Assembly (NCBI GenBank): GCA_047456295.1
Contig: CP179887.1
Coordinates: 175,159-239,158, forward strand
Source of the DNA: Candidatus Nealsonbacteria bacterium
GTDB lineage: Bacteria > Patescibacteriota > Minisyncoccia > Minisyncoccales > JANBVM01
Length of the DNA: 64,000 nt
Direction of reading: 5' to 3'
A program made the position numbers and the translations under genes. Numbering within the stretch: the first letter of the stretch is position 1; each line of letters opens with the position of its first letter. Positions 1-9,924 of the stretch are shown here, in pieces. Below the pieces are notes generated by a model. That model was not told the DNA's origin. It did not search any database and saw only the letters and a program-made list of their open reading frames with translations.

Positions 1-992
1 TGTTTACACTTTGGACATTTACCCTTTTTGTCCTGACGCACAATAAAATAACCTGTCCTGTTAATAACCAGAGCTCCGCATCTCTGGCAGACCGTATCTT
101 CTGAAGCTAAACCAGGAATATTTCCGGTATATACGTATTTTAAACCTGCTTCCTTACCGATATTGTAAGCCTTTTTTAAGGTTTCAATTAAAGTATCAGG
201 CAAATGTTGAAGTTTCCAGGAAATAGCTCCTGAAAACTGGGTGACATGCCAGGGTGTTTCAGGCCCCAGTTCCTCTTTAATAAATTTGGCAATTTCCCTG
301 AACATTTCTTCAGAATCGCTCAAGGTAGGAATTGCCAGGGTTGTGATTTCCAGCCAAACCCCGGACTTTTTCATTAATCTTGCTGTCTCTAAAACAGGTT
401 TGAGTCTGGCCCCGCATTGTTCTTGATAAAATTCATCAGAAAAACTTTTAATATCAATGTTGTTAGCGTCAAGATAGGGGATAACCAGTTTTGCTGATTC
501 TTCTGTCATAAATCCATTACTCACCCAGACATTCTTTAATCCTTGTTTTCTTGCCAGTTTCATGGTGTCTAAAGCATATTCTAAAAATATTGTAGGTTCA
601 GTATAAGTATAGGAAATGCTTGGTAAATTGTTTTTGATGGCCAGGTTGACAATATCTTCTGGAGTCAAATTCTGGCCAAGGATTTCTTTCTTTCCCTTAA
701 ATCCTTGAGAAATAGTATAGTTCTGACAATTCTTGCAGGCAAGATTACATCCCACTGTAGCAATTGATAAAGATTGAGTGCCAGGTAAAAAGTGAAAAAG
801 AGGTTTTTTTTCAATAGGGTCAATGTTTACATCAATGGCTTTTTGGTAATTTAAAGCATACAGCTTTCCATCAATATTTTCTCTGACACCACATATCCCT
901 CTTTTTCCAGGCTCAATTAAACAATAATGGGCGCAATTCCGACATTTCACCTTTTTATTGTCTAATTTATCGTAAAGATAAGCTTCTTTCAT
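1..992 (-). CDS. amrS: AmmeMemoRadiSam-system / PflA-like radical SAM activating enzyme (C-terminus runs off the left window edge)
   Basis: Absent from the ORF track because the window edge truncates it. My translation from the ATG at 990-992 (minus) gives MKEAYLYDKLDNKKVKCRNCAHYCLIEPGKRGICGVREN...SIATVGCNLACKNCQN (CX3CX2C radical-SAM cluster)...CQRCGALV...GKCPKCK. The frame stays open to position 1. Confidence 0.75.
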   Translation of the reverse strand, partial: MKEAYLYDKLDNKKVKCRNCAHYCLIEPGKRGICGVRENIDGKLYALNYQKAIDVNIDPIEKKPLFHFLPGTQSLSIATVGCNLACKNCQNYTISQGFKGKKEILGQNLTPEDIVNLAIKNNLPSISYTYTEPTIFLEYALDTMKLARKQGLKNVWVSNGFMTEESAKLVIPYLDANNIDIKSFSDEFYQEQCGARLKPVLETARLMKKSGVWLEITTLAIPTLSDSEEMFREIAKFIKEELGPETPWHVTQFSGAISWKLQHLPDTLIETLKKAYNIGKEAGLKYVYTGNIPGLASEDTVCQRCGALVINRTGYFIVRQDKKGKCPKCK

Positions 993-1002
993 TTTTTTTG
1001 AT

Positions 1003-2175
1003 TTAATCGCCCCTGACTTTTTTTACGGTTTCAGCTCTCCACTCTTGATATTGGGCAACACTAAGTTCTTTACCGTTTTTTATTTGATAATTTAAATCGC
1101 TTCGGAATCCGCTTTTTATTGCCTGTCCCATCATTGTTAGGGACCCTGAACCACTGCCATAACCAATAATGCAAAGATGCTGACCTTTTTGAATCTGCTC
1201 TAATACAGAAATTAAGGAAATGAAGATTGAGGCATTATAGCAATTACCGATATATAGATTATATCTTAGACCTGGTTCAACCTTTTGTTTAAAGAACTTC
1301 TGGAATTCTGGAAGTTTTCTTGTTTCATCAAGAAACTGTTTAAACCTTTTAAATAAGTCTGGATTGTGCAGACATTGTTCCAATAGAGGAAGAAATTCTT
1401 TGTTTTTGTTTCTCTCATAACGCCACAGGGCAGCTGAAGCCCACACAACCATCTTGGGAAAGGGGGTGTGCATAACAAAGTAATCAATTTCATCTGTTAT
1501 TAGTCCTGATTTTTGATTCTTTATTTTATAATCCTTGACAGACTGAATCATGCATTTTATATAAGCTGGTTTTGTTAAAGGACCGTTAATCTCAGGGAAA
1601 GGAGCTGTTCTTACTGGAACCCTGAAATCTTCTATGTCTTCAGCATATTGGCCGCAACCTCGAAACTGCAAGGTTAACAGTTCGGGGTTGTTTTCTATTC
1701 TTATTGCTATTACTGCAGATCCCTGGGTTACCTGGGCTTTGTCATCTCCATAAAGGGAACGGTCAGCTACAATTACAATAGCAGGTTTTTTGTGGGCTAT
1801 GCTGTATTCACAAGCCAGCAGTAAGGCCTGAACCCCTGCTAAACAGGCGAATTTCAATTGAAAAGGAACCTTTGTAATGTTTAGACCCTTGTTAATGGCT
1901 TTTATTGCTATGATGGCTTTGGACAGATCATTATCTGACTCTGTAGCAAGAATAAACCTGTCCACGTCCTGATAGTGTATTTTCTGGAGAGCCTTGATTA
2001 TTAGCTCTTCCAAAGGGGTATTATATGGTATTCTGGCCCGTATCAGTCCTAATCCTCCATTTACATATTCCAAAGGAAGCTGCTGGTCTTTGGCCATTTT
2101 TTCAGCTTTAATAGACCATTCTGGAATCACTCCTGCTATCTCGCTTATTCCTACTTCTGATGTTCCTGTTTTCAT
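1003..2175 (-). CDS. hydroxymethylglutaryl-CoA synthase family condensing enzyme
   Basis: ORF 1003..2217; the likely start is MKTGTSEVGISE at 2175. HMGS-type catalytic contexts are present: ATESDND (Glu), FACLAGV (Cys), MHTPFP (His), GNCYNAS (Asn). Confidence 0.8.
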   Translation of the reverse strand: MKTGTSEVGISEIAGVIPEWSIKAEKMAKDQQLPLEYVNGGLGLIRARIPYNTPLEELIIKALQKIHYQDVDRFILATESDNDLSKAIIAIKAINKGLNITKVPFQLKFACLAGVQALLLACEYSIAHKKPAIVIVADRSLYGDDKAQVTQGSAVIAIRIENNPELLTLQFRGCGQYAEDIEDFRVPVRTAPFPEINGPLTKPAYIKCMIQSVKDYKIKNQKSGLITDEIDYFVMHTPFPKMVVWASAALWRYERNKNKEFLPLLEQCLHNPDLFKRFKQFLDETRKLPEFQKFFKQKVEPGLRYNLYIGNCYNASIFISLISVLEQIQKGQHLCIIGYGSGSGSLTMMGQAIKSGFRSDLNYQIKNGKELSVAQYQEWRAETVKKVRGD

Positions 2176-2306
2176 TTTTACTTTATTCTTACAAGAACAT
2201 TTAAGAGAGTGTAACATGTTTCTTTAATCTTAAACCATTTTGTCAAAATCCTCAATTCTTTCTAAGGGAATCTTGATTAAACAATAAGACGTGATACAGT
2301 AAAATT

Positions 2307-2876
2307 ATGCGTCACCGAATTTTTATTGCTATTAATATACCTGAAAAAGTTAAAACAACATTGGTCGGTTTTCAATCAAAGTGGCCCGAGCTCCCTATAA
2401 GATGGATAAAAAAACAGAATATCCATATTACCTTGGTTTTTTTGGGTTATATCCAGGATAAAGAAATTCCTGAGGTTTTAAAGATTACAGAACAAATCAG
2501 TCAAAAACACGATTCTTTTTCAATAAATTTAAACAGGATTTGTTATGGTCCGCCAAAAAAAATGCCTGCCAGAATGGTATGGGCAACAGGTGAAATATCA
2601 GAACAATTGGGGAAATTACAAAAAGACCTGGAAGATTCTTTTTTTTCATCTCCTGTTAAAAAAACACATAAATCTAAAAATAGAGCCTATTGTTCCCATA
2701 TAAACTTAGGCAGAATACATCAATGGGAATTCAGGCAGATTGAACCTGAAGAAAGACCTCAAATTGAAGAAGATATTTCTTTGAGTTTTCCAGTAGATTC
2801 AATAGAAATAATGGAGAGTCATTTAAAAAGAACAGGGGCTGAATATGTGGTTTTAAATTCTTTTAAATTAAAATGA
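2307..2876 (+). CDS. thpR: RNA 2',3'-cyclic phosphodiesterase (2H phosphoesterase, LigT/ThpR)
   Basis: 189 aa with two HxT/S motifs (HITLVFLG and HINLGR) at the spacing typical of the 2H superfamily. Confidence 0.8.
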   Translation: MRHRIFIAINIPEKVKTTLVGFQSKWPELPIRWIKKQNIHITLVFLGYIQDKEIPEVLKITEQISQKHDSFSINLNRICYGPPKKMPARMVWATGEISEQLGKLQKDLEDSFFSSPVKKTHKSKNRAYCSHINLGRIHQWEFRQIEPEERPQIEEDISLSFPVDSIEIMESHLKRTGAEYVVLNSFKLK

Positions 2877-4195
2877 AGGTTCATTTTATTGGTATTGGAG
2901 GAATAGGGATTTCAGCTTTAGCCAGATATTATTTATCAAAAGGCCATGAAATAACAGGTTCTGATTTGGTTTTGTCAGAAATTACTGAAGCCCTTAAAAA
3001 ATTAGGAGTTAAAATATATATTGGTTCACACAATGAAAAACATATAGCTTTTGATATTAAAGAGATAATTTATAGTCCGGCTGTAAAACAGGATAATCCT
3101 GAGTTAAAAGCAGCTTACAAGCTACAAAATACAAATCCCAATCTTAAAATAATGAGCTATCCCCAGGCCCTGGGAGAATTAACCAAAAACCATTTTACCA
3201 TTGCTGTGGCTGGAACCCATGGAAAAAGCACGGTGGCAGCAATGACAGGTTTATTATTAATAAAAGCTGGTCTTGATCCTACTGTAATTGTGGGAACAAA
3301 ACTGAAGGAATTTGGTGATTCAAACTGCAGGGTGGGGAAGTCAAAATATTTAGTTATTGAAGCTGACGAACACTTTGCTTCTTTTTTGAATTATTGGCCC
3401 AGGATTGTTGTTCTGACAACCCTTGAGGCTGACCACCTTGATTTTTACATCAATCTGAATAATCTCTTGAAAACCTTTAAAGAGTTTATTTCTCATTTGC
3501 CTGAAGACGGAATCTTGGTGGCAAACAAAGATGATAAAAACATTTCTAAAGTGTTAAAGGATAAAGGCTTAAAATACAAAACCATTTATTATTCTTTAAA
3601 AGATAGAGAGGTTGAAAAACTAAAAGAGATTCTAAAAGTGCCTGGGGAATTCAATGTTTCAAATGCTTTGGCAGCATTGAGCGTTGCACGGGCTTTAAAA
3701 ATCCCAGATAAAACTTGTTTTAAATCTTTGTCTGAATACAGATATTCCTGGCGTAGATTTGAAATCATTAAAGTTTCAAAACCCAAACCATATACTTTAA
3801 TTAATGATTACGGTCATCATCCAACCCAGGTCAGGGTTACCTTAAAAGCTGCCAGGGAAAAATATCCTAAAAAGGAAATCTGGTGTATTTACCAGCCCCA
3901 TCAATATCAAAGAACACATTATCTGTTTGATGAATTTGTCAAAGCCTTTCAGGAGGCTCCTGTAGATAAGTTAATTATTACTGATATTTATAGTGTGGCT
4001 GGCAGAGAAAAACAGGAAATTAAAAAAAAGATAAATAGTGAAAAGTTGGTGAAAGCAGTAAATAAACCTTCTGTAATTTATTTATCTAAAGAAAAAATAC
4101 AAGAATTCTTGGAGAAAAACTTAAAGGGTGGAGAGGTGGTAATAATTATGGGAGCAGGGGATATATATGATTTGAGTTTAAAATTAAAAGTTTAA
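2873..4195 (+). CDS. murC: UDP-N-acetylmuramate--L-alanine ligase
   Basis: N-terminus MKVHFIGIGGIGISALARYY. Mur ligase P-loop AGTHGKST. ATGA overlap with thpR. Confidence 0.93.
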   Translation: MKVHFIGIGGIGISALARYYLSKGHEITGSDLVLSEITEALKKLGVKIYIGSHNEKHIAFDIKEIIYSPAVKQDNPELKAAYKLQNTNPNLKIMSYPQALGELTKNHFTIAVAGTHGKSTVAAMTGLLLIKAGLDPTVIVGTKLKEFGDSNCRVGKSKYLVIEADEHFASFLNYWPRIVVLTTLEADHLDFYINLNNLLKTFKEFISHLPEDGILVANKDDKNISKVLKDKGLKYKTIYYSLKDREVEKLKEILKVPGEFNVSNALAALSVARALKIPDKTCFKSLSEYRYSWRRFEIIKVSKPKPYTLINDYGHHPTQVRVTLKAAREKYPKKEIWCIYQPHQYQRTHYLFDEFVKAFQEAPVDKLIITDIYSVAGREKQEIKKKINSEKLVKAVNKPSVIYLSKEKIQEFLEKNLKGGEVVIIMGAGDIYDLSLKLKV

Positions 4196-4268
4196 AATAA
4201 TATTAATACTCATTCCATACCAATAAAATCAGTTGACATTATAACAACTGGTCTGATAAAATAAAAAT

Positions 4269-4520
4269 ATGAAGAAAAAAAATACTAAAAATACAACAAT
4301 TAACCAATTAGCTAGAATGATAAAGCGTGGTTTTGATGGAGTAGATAAGAATTTTAATAAAGCAGATAAGAGGTTCGATAAAATTGAGACAAAGCTTACT
4401 AACTTGGAAAATGGACAAGAAGAGATAAAACTTAAATTAGATAGAGTAGCATATAGGTTTGAAGTAGAAGAATTGGACCGCCGGCTGAAAAGAGTGGAGG
4501 CTAAATTAGGTTTAAAATAA
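4269..4520 (+). CDS. hypothetical small coiled-coil protein
   Basis: 83-aa K/E-rich ORF with a TTGACA-type promoter upstream and a hairpin plus T-run downstream (about 4543-4575). Confidence 0.5.
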   Translation: MKKKNTKNTTINQLARMIKRGFDGVDKNFNKADKRFDKIETKLTNLENGQEEIKLKLDRVAYRFEVEELDRRLKRVEAKLGLK

Positions 4521-4594
4521 ATAACAATTTAGCAAAATTTTAAAAGGTCGGGATTTATCCCTGTCCTTTTTGTTTTAATAATTATTTAATTATA

Positions 4595-4660
4595 TCAGTG
4601 ATTACTTTACAAATTTAATTTTTAAATTTTTATCTTAAATTCGCCCAAAATTTTGTGCTA
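4595..4660 (+). repeat. copy A of a ~65-bp direct repeat flanking the TrmB-like gene
   Basis: TCAGTGATTACTTTACAAATTTAATTTTTAAATTTTTATCTTAAATTCGCCCAAAATTTTGTG recurs at 5634-5700 with a few substitutions and one indel. Confidence 0.7.
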
Positions 4661-4805
4661 CTAAAAATAGGGGGGTCGAATATATAAAAAAATAAATAAG
4701 TTGAGAAGGGAATGGAAATTTTAAAACTCAAAAGGAAAATCTTAGAATTAAAAGAAAAACTTAAAGAGAAAGAGTAAGTCAGATAAAAATATATAGAGGG
4801 TTGTT

Positions 4806-5540
4806 TTAAATCACCTTCCATAAAGCTGAGAAAAGTGATTTCAACAAGCTGATTATTAGCTTGTTTTCAATTAACAGACCTTCTTGTTTTTTAGAATGAA
4901 AAAAAATAGCTTTATTAAATAAAATCAGGGTTCCCTTTAAATTAGGAATAGGGGAGAACTTTCTTTGAATGTAAGGAAGTTTTGATTTTATATTTAATTC
5001 TTTAGAATAAATTTCTTTAACTTCAATTTTTCCTAATCTTCTTTTGACTTTTCGATAAATCTTATCTCTTTGTTTAATTTCTTTTAAATTTGTTTTAGAT
5101 GACAAAACAAAAATGTCAGATAGGGGAGTAAAAGAAATACTTTCTTGTAATAAACCTATTCCTCCTCTTCCTTTATATGTTTTAATTTCTTCTTTTTCTT
5201 TGGAATATTTAGCTTCCAAAGCTGCAATAATTCTTATAAATTCTCGTTCTCTTTCTTCGATTTCTCTCTTTTGAATTCTTAAAATCCCTAATATTTTACT
5301 TGGGGATTGAGCTACAAAATATCTTTTTTTGTTTTGTTTGATTTCAGTAAATAATTCTTTGTTTTCTAATCTTTTTATAATATCATATGTGGTTGGTCTT
5401 GTGATTTTTGCAAGTTTAGCAATGCTTTTAACTGAAGTAGGTCCCAATCCTAAACCAGCCAAATAAACCTTGACCTCCTTTTCTTTTAAGCCTAATTTCC
5501 TTAATTCTAATTCTATTGGTGAAATCTCTAAGGTAGACAT
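4806..5540 (-). CDS. TrmB-family HTH transcriptional regulator
   Basis: N-terminus LRKLGLKEKEVKVYLAGLGLGPTSVKSIAKLAKITRPTTYDIIKRLENKELF, a TrmB-type winged HTH. Confidence 0.75.
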   Translation of the reverse strand: MSTLEISPIELELRKLGLKEKEVKVYLAGLGLGPTSVKSIAKLAKITRPTTYDIIKRLENKELFTEIKQNKKRYFVAQSPSKILGILRIQKREIEEREREFIRIIAALEAKYSKEKEEIKTYKGRGGIGLLQESISFTPLSDIFVLSSKTNLKEIKQRDKIYRKVKRRLGKIEVKEIYSKELNIKSKLPYIQRKFSPIPNLKGTLILFNKAIFFHSKKQEGLLIENKLIISLLKSLFSALWKVI

Positions 5541-5633
5541 ACTGTTTTATGGTAAGATATTAATTTATTTTGGTCAAATATGTGATGTTAATTAAAAATA
5601 TAAGTTTTAAAAGAAAAAAATCTTAAAATTATG

Positions 5634-5700
5634 TCAGTGATTACTTTACAGAGATTATTTTAACTTTTTATCTTAAATTTGGGTAAAATATTGGGTTGTG
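5634..5700 (+). repeat. copy B of the ~65-bp direct repeat flanking the TrmB-like gene
   Basis: TCAGTGATTACTTTACAGAGATTATTTTAACTTTTTATCTTAAATTTGGGTAAAATATTGGG; same orientation as copy A. Confidence 0.7.
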
Positions 5701-5785
5701 AATAACTTTTGTCAGAAATTCTTGACAAATTTCCTTAAAACAGGATATTATAAAAGTAGAACTTAATATAAAAATATGGACAGAG

Positions 5786-6754
5786 GTGAAAAGTATGGGT
5801 GTTATTAAAAATGATTTGGTAGATGATTCTCGATTAATATTAGAACAAAAACTGATTACTAGATTGTTTAAAACTCAAGATGTTACAAAGGTTAGTAAAA
5901 GAATAGTGGAATTTATAAAAGAGAAAGTTAAGGAGCTGGATAGAGAAGGAATCATAATAGGGTTTAGCGGAGGAATAGATTCTGCCTTGACACTGAAACT
6001 TTGTGTCTTAGCCGTTGGTAATGATAAAGTTTTGGCTCTATACATACCAGAGAAAGATAGTAATCCTTTACACAAGAAACATGCTGAAAAATATGCAGAG
6101 GAGCTAGGAGTTAGATTTAAAGTTATTGATATTACTCCTACTTTAGAGACGCTTGGTATTTATAAATTAATCCCAACAAAGATTTTAGGCAGTAGAAAAT
6201 TGGCAGGAAAACTTTTTAGAACCTATTTCAAGTTAAGTGAGAATAAGTTTAAAGAAAGTTTAGGGGGTTCTTCTAATAAATTTGTTAGAAAAGGGAATGC
6301 TTCTTCTAAAACAAAGCATAGGATAAGAATGGTAATATTATATCTTTTTGGTAGCATAAAAAATTTGTTAGTAGTTGGCGCAGCCAACAAAACAGAAGGT
6401 CAAATTGGATTTTTCGCAAAATGGGGAGTTGATCATGCAGCGGATATTATGCCAATAGGGTGTCTTTATAAAACGCAAGTGATAGAGCTTGCAAGGTATC
6501 TTAAAGTACCAAAAGAAATAATTAATAAATCGCCCAGCCCTGACTTAGTACCGGGTATAACAGATGAATACGTTATTGGTATGCCTTATGAGATTCTCGA
6601 TTTAATATTATTTGGTATAGAAAAAGGATTATCCGTAGAAAAAATTTCTTCGTATCTTGATGTTTCTCCTGAGAAGATTGAAAGAGTTTTAGACTGGAGA
6701 AAAAGATCAAAGCATATGAGAGAGTCACCATACCTACCAGATTTTGAATTTTAA
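5786..6754 (+). CDS. nadE: NAD+ synthetase (PP-loop ATP pyrophosphatase)
   Basis: GFSGGIDSALT PP-loop and NadE-like length and architecture. The start could instead be the ATG at 5798. Confidence 0.8.
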   Translation: MKSMGVIKNDLVDDSRLILEQKLITRLFKTQDVTKVSKRIVEFIKEKVKELDREGIIIGFSGGIDSALTLKLCVLAVGNDKVLALYIPEKDSNPLHKKHAEKYAEELGVRFKVIDITPTLETLGIYKLIPTKILGSRKLAGKLFRTYFKLSENKFKESLGGSSNKFVRKGNASSKTKHRIRMVILYLFGSIKNLLVVGAANKTEGQIGFFAKWGVDHAADIMPIGCLYKTQVIELARYLKVPKEIINKSPSPDLVPGITDEYVIGMPYEILDLILFGIEKGLSVEKISSYLDVSPEKIERVLDWRKRSKHMRESPYLPDFEF

Positions 6755-6793
6755 AACAACGAGGCTAAAGAAGCTATCTAGCCTCCTTTTTTA

Positions 6794-8116
6794 TTGCCAA
6801 TGGTAAATAATTATTATAAAATAAACTTAAAGAAGGAAAGTCGTTCTATGTTGGAGACTACTAAGGGTTCCCGGACTCTTTATTTAAGGTTTCAGATAAT
6901 TACTGCTTTCATCGTGGTAATAGGCCACTGGATTGTTGTTTTATTGAATATTTGGAAACCCCCAAAGGCTATCCCCACAAAAGTTTTATTATATTTCGGG
7001 GTCCCCATTGTTTTATTTTTTTTATATTTTACTTCCGTTAAAAAAATATTTTCCCAACGATTCGGGGATGCAGTTCAAAATTGTATCCTAGTTTTATTAA
7101 TAAGTACTTTTGGTTTCTATTATGGCGGTGGTATTGGTGGAGACTTTGTTTTTCTATTTCTTTTATTAATAGCTTTTTCCAGCTTACTTTTAGACCCTTT
7201 TATTCCTCTTCTTACTGCTGGATTAACGAGCTCAATTATTGTTGGTGAATTTATTTTAACCATTGACCTTACCCATCTTTCTTATACCCTTTTAATAAAA
7301 TCTCTTTTACAAGTCATGTCCTTTTTTATTGTGGGTTGGCTTAGTTCTGGTTTTGTTAAAAAAACGCTGGCAGAACAAAAAATTACTCAGAAGCTTGAAA
7401 AAGCATATAGAGAGTTAAAAAAGTTGGATGAGGCAAAATCAGAGTTTATCTCAATTGCCTCCCATCAGCTAAGGACGCCTTTGACAGCAATTAAAGGATA
7501 TATCTCCATGATACATGATAGAACCTATGGAGTTCCCCCGGAAAAAATGGAAAAACCCCTTAGACATATTTACATTTCTGCTGAAAGATTGATAAAATTA
7601 GTTAGTGAGCTCTTAAATATCTCAAGAATTGAAGCTGGAAAGATAAAGACAGAGCTTGAAATATCCTCCCTAGAAGATATAATTAATAGTGTAATAACAG
7701 AATTAAAAAGTTTAGTTAAAGAGAAAGACCTTTATTTAGAGTTTAAAAAAGGAAAAGAACCCTTACCAAAGATTTCAATAGATAAAGAGAAAATGAGGCA
7801 GGTTATTCTCAATATAATAGATAATGCAATAAGATATACTAAAGAGGGAGGAATAACAGTAAGATGTAAAAAGAAAGAAAACACATATCAGGTTAAAGTC
7901 TCAGATACAGGGGAGGGAATGACTAAAAGAGAAATATCTGATTTATTTAAAAGTTTCAGTCGGGGTAAGGCTGGTAAAAAAGGCTGGGTAGAAGGAGCAG
8001 GCTTGGGTCTATATATTGCCAAAAAATACGTGGACATGCACAAAGGAAAGATCTGGGCTAAAAGCCAAGGAAAAGGGAAAGGTTCAAGTTTTTACATAGA
8101 ATTACCCATACAATAA
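6794..8116 (+). CDS. membrane sensor histidine kinase
   Basis: Multiple N-terminal TM helices, H-box SHQLRTPLTAIKGY, N-box DNAIRYT, G-boxes DTGEGM and GAGLGL. Confidence 0.9.
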   Translation: MPMVNNYYKINLKKESRSMLETTKGSRTLYLRFQIITAFIVVIGHWIVVLLNIWKPPKAIPTKVLLYFGVPIVLFFLYFTSVKKIFSQRFGDAVQNCILVLLISTFGFYYGGGIGGDFVFLFLLLIAFSSLLLDPFIPLLTAGLTSSIIVGEFILTIDLTHLSYTLLIKSLLQVMSFFIVGWLSSGFVKKTLAEQKITQKLEKAYRELKKLDEAKSEFISIASHQLRTPLTAIKGYISMIHDRTYGVPPEKMEKPLRHIYISAERLIKLVSELLNISRIEAGKIKTELEISSLEDIINSVITELKSLVKEKDLYLEFKKGKEPLPKISIDKEKMRQVILNIIDNAIRYTKEGGITVRCKKKENTYQVKVSDTGEGMTKREISDLFKSFSRGKAGKKGWVEGAGLGLYIAKKYVDMHKGKIWAKSQGKGKGSSFYIELPIQ

Positions 8117-8118
8117 AT

Positions 8119-8490
8119 ATGAAAAAGAAAAAAATACTTATCATTGAAGATGAAAAAATCTTATCTGAGATGTATAAGGATAAATTCACCAAGGTTGGAT
8201 TTGAAGTAATTTCAGCTTTTGATTCAGAGGAAGGCTTAAAATTGACCAAAAAAGAAAAACCGGATTTAATTATCTTAGACATCCTCCTTCCTAGAGAAAA
8301 CGGAGTGGTTTTCTTGAACTGGTTGAAAGCAGACCCTGAAATATCTTCTATTCCAGTAATAGTGTTTTCAAATTACGATGACCCGGAAACAAGAAAGCGG
8401 GCATCTAAATTAGGGATAAAAGACTATTTGATTAAGGCTGATTATACACCCAAGGCTATTGTAGAAAAGGTAAAATCATATCTTAAATGA
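8119..8490 (+). CDS. single-domain response regulator (receiver only)
   Basis: 123 aa with KILIIEDE...DLIILDILLP receiver motifs and no output domain. It sits 2 nt after the kinase gene. Confidence 0.9.
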   Translation: MKKKKILIIEDEKILSEMYKDKFTKVGFEVISAFDSEEGLKLTKKEKPDLIILDILLPRENGVVFLNWLKADPEISSIPVIVFSNYDDPETRKRASKLGIKDYLIKADYTPKAIVEKVKSYLK

Positions 8491-9890
8491 AGCGCATTTT
8501 AAGCTCTGAGGCAACAAAATATCTTGGAAAAAAGATTAAAGTTTGCGGTTGGGTCCATAGCATAAGGTCTCACGGCAAAATCATGTTCATTGACCTCCGA
8601 GATAAAGGAGGGCTTTTACAATTGGTCTTTACTCCAAAGAATAAAGATGTTTATAAAACAATTCAAACATTGGGTTCAGAATGGGTGATTGAAGTTGAAG
8701 GAAAGATTCAAAAAAGACCTAAACAAATGATAAATCCCAAGATTGAAACAGGAAAAATAGAACTCTTGCCAGAAAAAGTGAAGATTCTTTCTCAGGCAAA
8801 AACCCTGCCTTTTCCTGTTGATACTCCAGGTTATGAAATAAGTGAAGAAAAAAGGTTGAAATATCGCTATCTGGATTTGAGAAGAAAGAGAATAAGGACA
8901 AATCTGGAGGTGCGTCAGAAAGTCATTAAATTCATGAGGGATTTCCTGCAAAAACAAGGTTTTTTAGAAGTAGAAACCCCTATCTTAACCAAATCCACTC
9001 CTGAAGGGGCTAGAGATTTTTTGGTTCCTGCAAGATTGCATCCTGGAAGGTTTTATGCTCTTCCCCAAAGTCCTCAGCAATACAAACAGCTCTTAATGGT
9101 TTCTGGTATTGAAAAGTATTTCCAGATTGCCAGATGTTTTCGAGACGAGGATCCCAGGGGTGATCGTCAGGCAGAATTTACCCAGTTAGACATTGAAATG
9201 TCTTTTGCTGAACAAGAAGAAATCTTAAGTTTGATAGAGGAACTTTATACTTCAATGGTTAAAAAACTATTTCCTGAAAAGAGAATCCTAAAGACTCCTT
9301 TCCCCAGAATCACATATAAAAAAGCTATGGAAAAATATGATAGTGATAAGCCTGATTTAAGGAGAAATAAAAAAGATGTCAATGAGCTGGCTTTTGCTTT
9401 TGTTGTTGATTTTCCTCTCTTTGAATGGAAGGAATCAGAGAAAAGATTTGATGCTGTGCATCATCCTTTTACCCGTCCAAAAGAAGAGGATATTAAAAAA
9501 ATAAAGAAAAACCCTGACAAAATCCTGGCCCATCAGTATGATTTTGTTTTAAACGGCTATGAAATCGGGGGAGGAAGCTTGAGGATTTATAATCCAAAGA
9601 TGCTGGAAGCAATCTTTGAGATAATGGGACATAAAAAACAAGAAATAAGAAAAAGGTTTGGTCATTTGTTGGAAGCATTTGAATACGGGGTTCCTCCCCA
9701 TGGTGGAATTGCTTCGGGAATTGACAGGTTTTTAGCAATCATTCAGGGTGAGCCTAATATTAGAGAAGTGATTGCTTTTCCCAAGACCGGAGAAAATAGA
9801 AGCCTGATGATGGATGCTCCGGCTGAAGTTGAGAAAAAACAATTAAAAGAATTACATATTAAGATTGAAAAAACCAGAAAAAAACATTAA
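8487..9890 (+). CDS. aspS: aspartate--tRNA ligase, bacterial type but lacking the GAD insertion domain
   Basis: OB-fold N-terminus and class II motifs (FYALPQSPQQYKQLLM, FRDEDPRGDRQAEFTQLD). SDKPDLR is followed after about 15 aa by VVDFPLFEW, where bacterial AspRS carries an insertion of about 120 aa. Confidence 0.9.
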   Translation: MKRILSSEATKYLGKKIKVCGWVHSIRSHGKIMFIDLRDKGGLLQLVFTPKNKDVYKTIQTLGSEWVIEVEGKIQKRPKQMINPKIETGKIELLPEKVKILSQAKTLPFPVDTPGYEISEEKRLKYRYLDLRRKRIRTNLEVRQKVIKFMRDFLQKQGFLEVETPILTKSTPEGARDFLVPARLHPGRFYALPQSPQQYKQLLMVSGIEKYFQIARCFRDEDPRGDRQAEFTQLDIEMSFAEQEEILSLIEELYTSMVKKLFPEKRILKTPFPRITYKKAMEKYDSDKPDLRRNKKDVNELAFAFVVDFPLFEWKESEKRFDAVHHPFTRPKEEDIKKIKKNPDKILAHQYDFVLNGYEIGGGSLRIYNPKMLEAIFEIMGHKKQEIRKRFGHLLEAFEYGVPPHGGIASGIDRFLAIIQGEPNIREVIAFPKTGENRSLMMDAPAEVEKKQLKELHIKIEKTRKKH

Positions 9891-9924
9891 ATTAAAGATT
9901 ATTTAAGGCTGACTTTTAGGTTTA

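Noticed and set aside
4712-4777. 21-codon ORF MEILKLKRKILELKEKLKEKE, and the 63-aa minus ORF 4630..4821
   Set aside because: The purine-rich stretch sits only 2-3 nt from the ATG, too close to work as an RBS. The sequence is low-complexity. The minus ORF overlaps the TrmB gene end and is F/S-rich noise.
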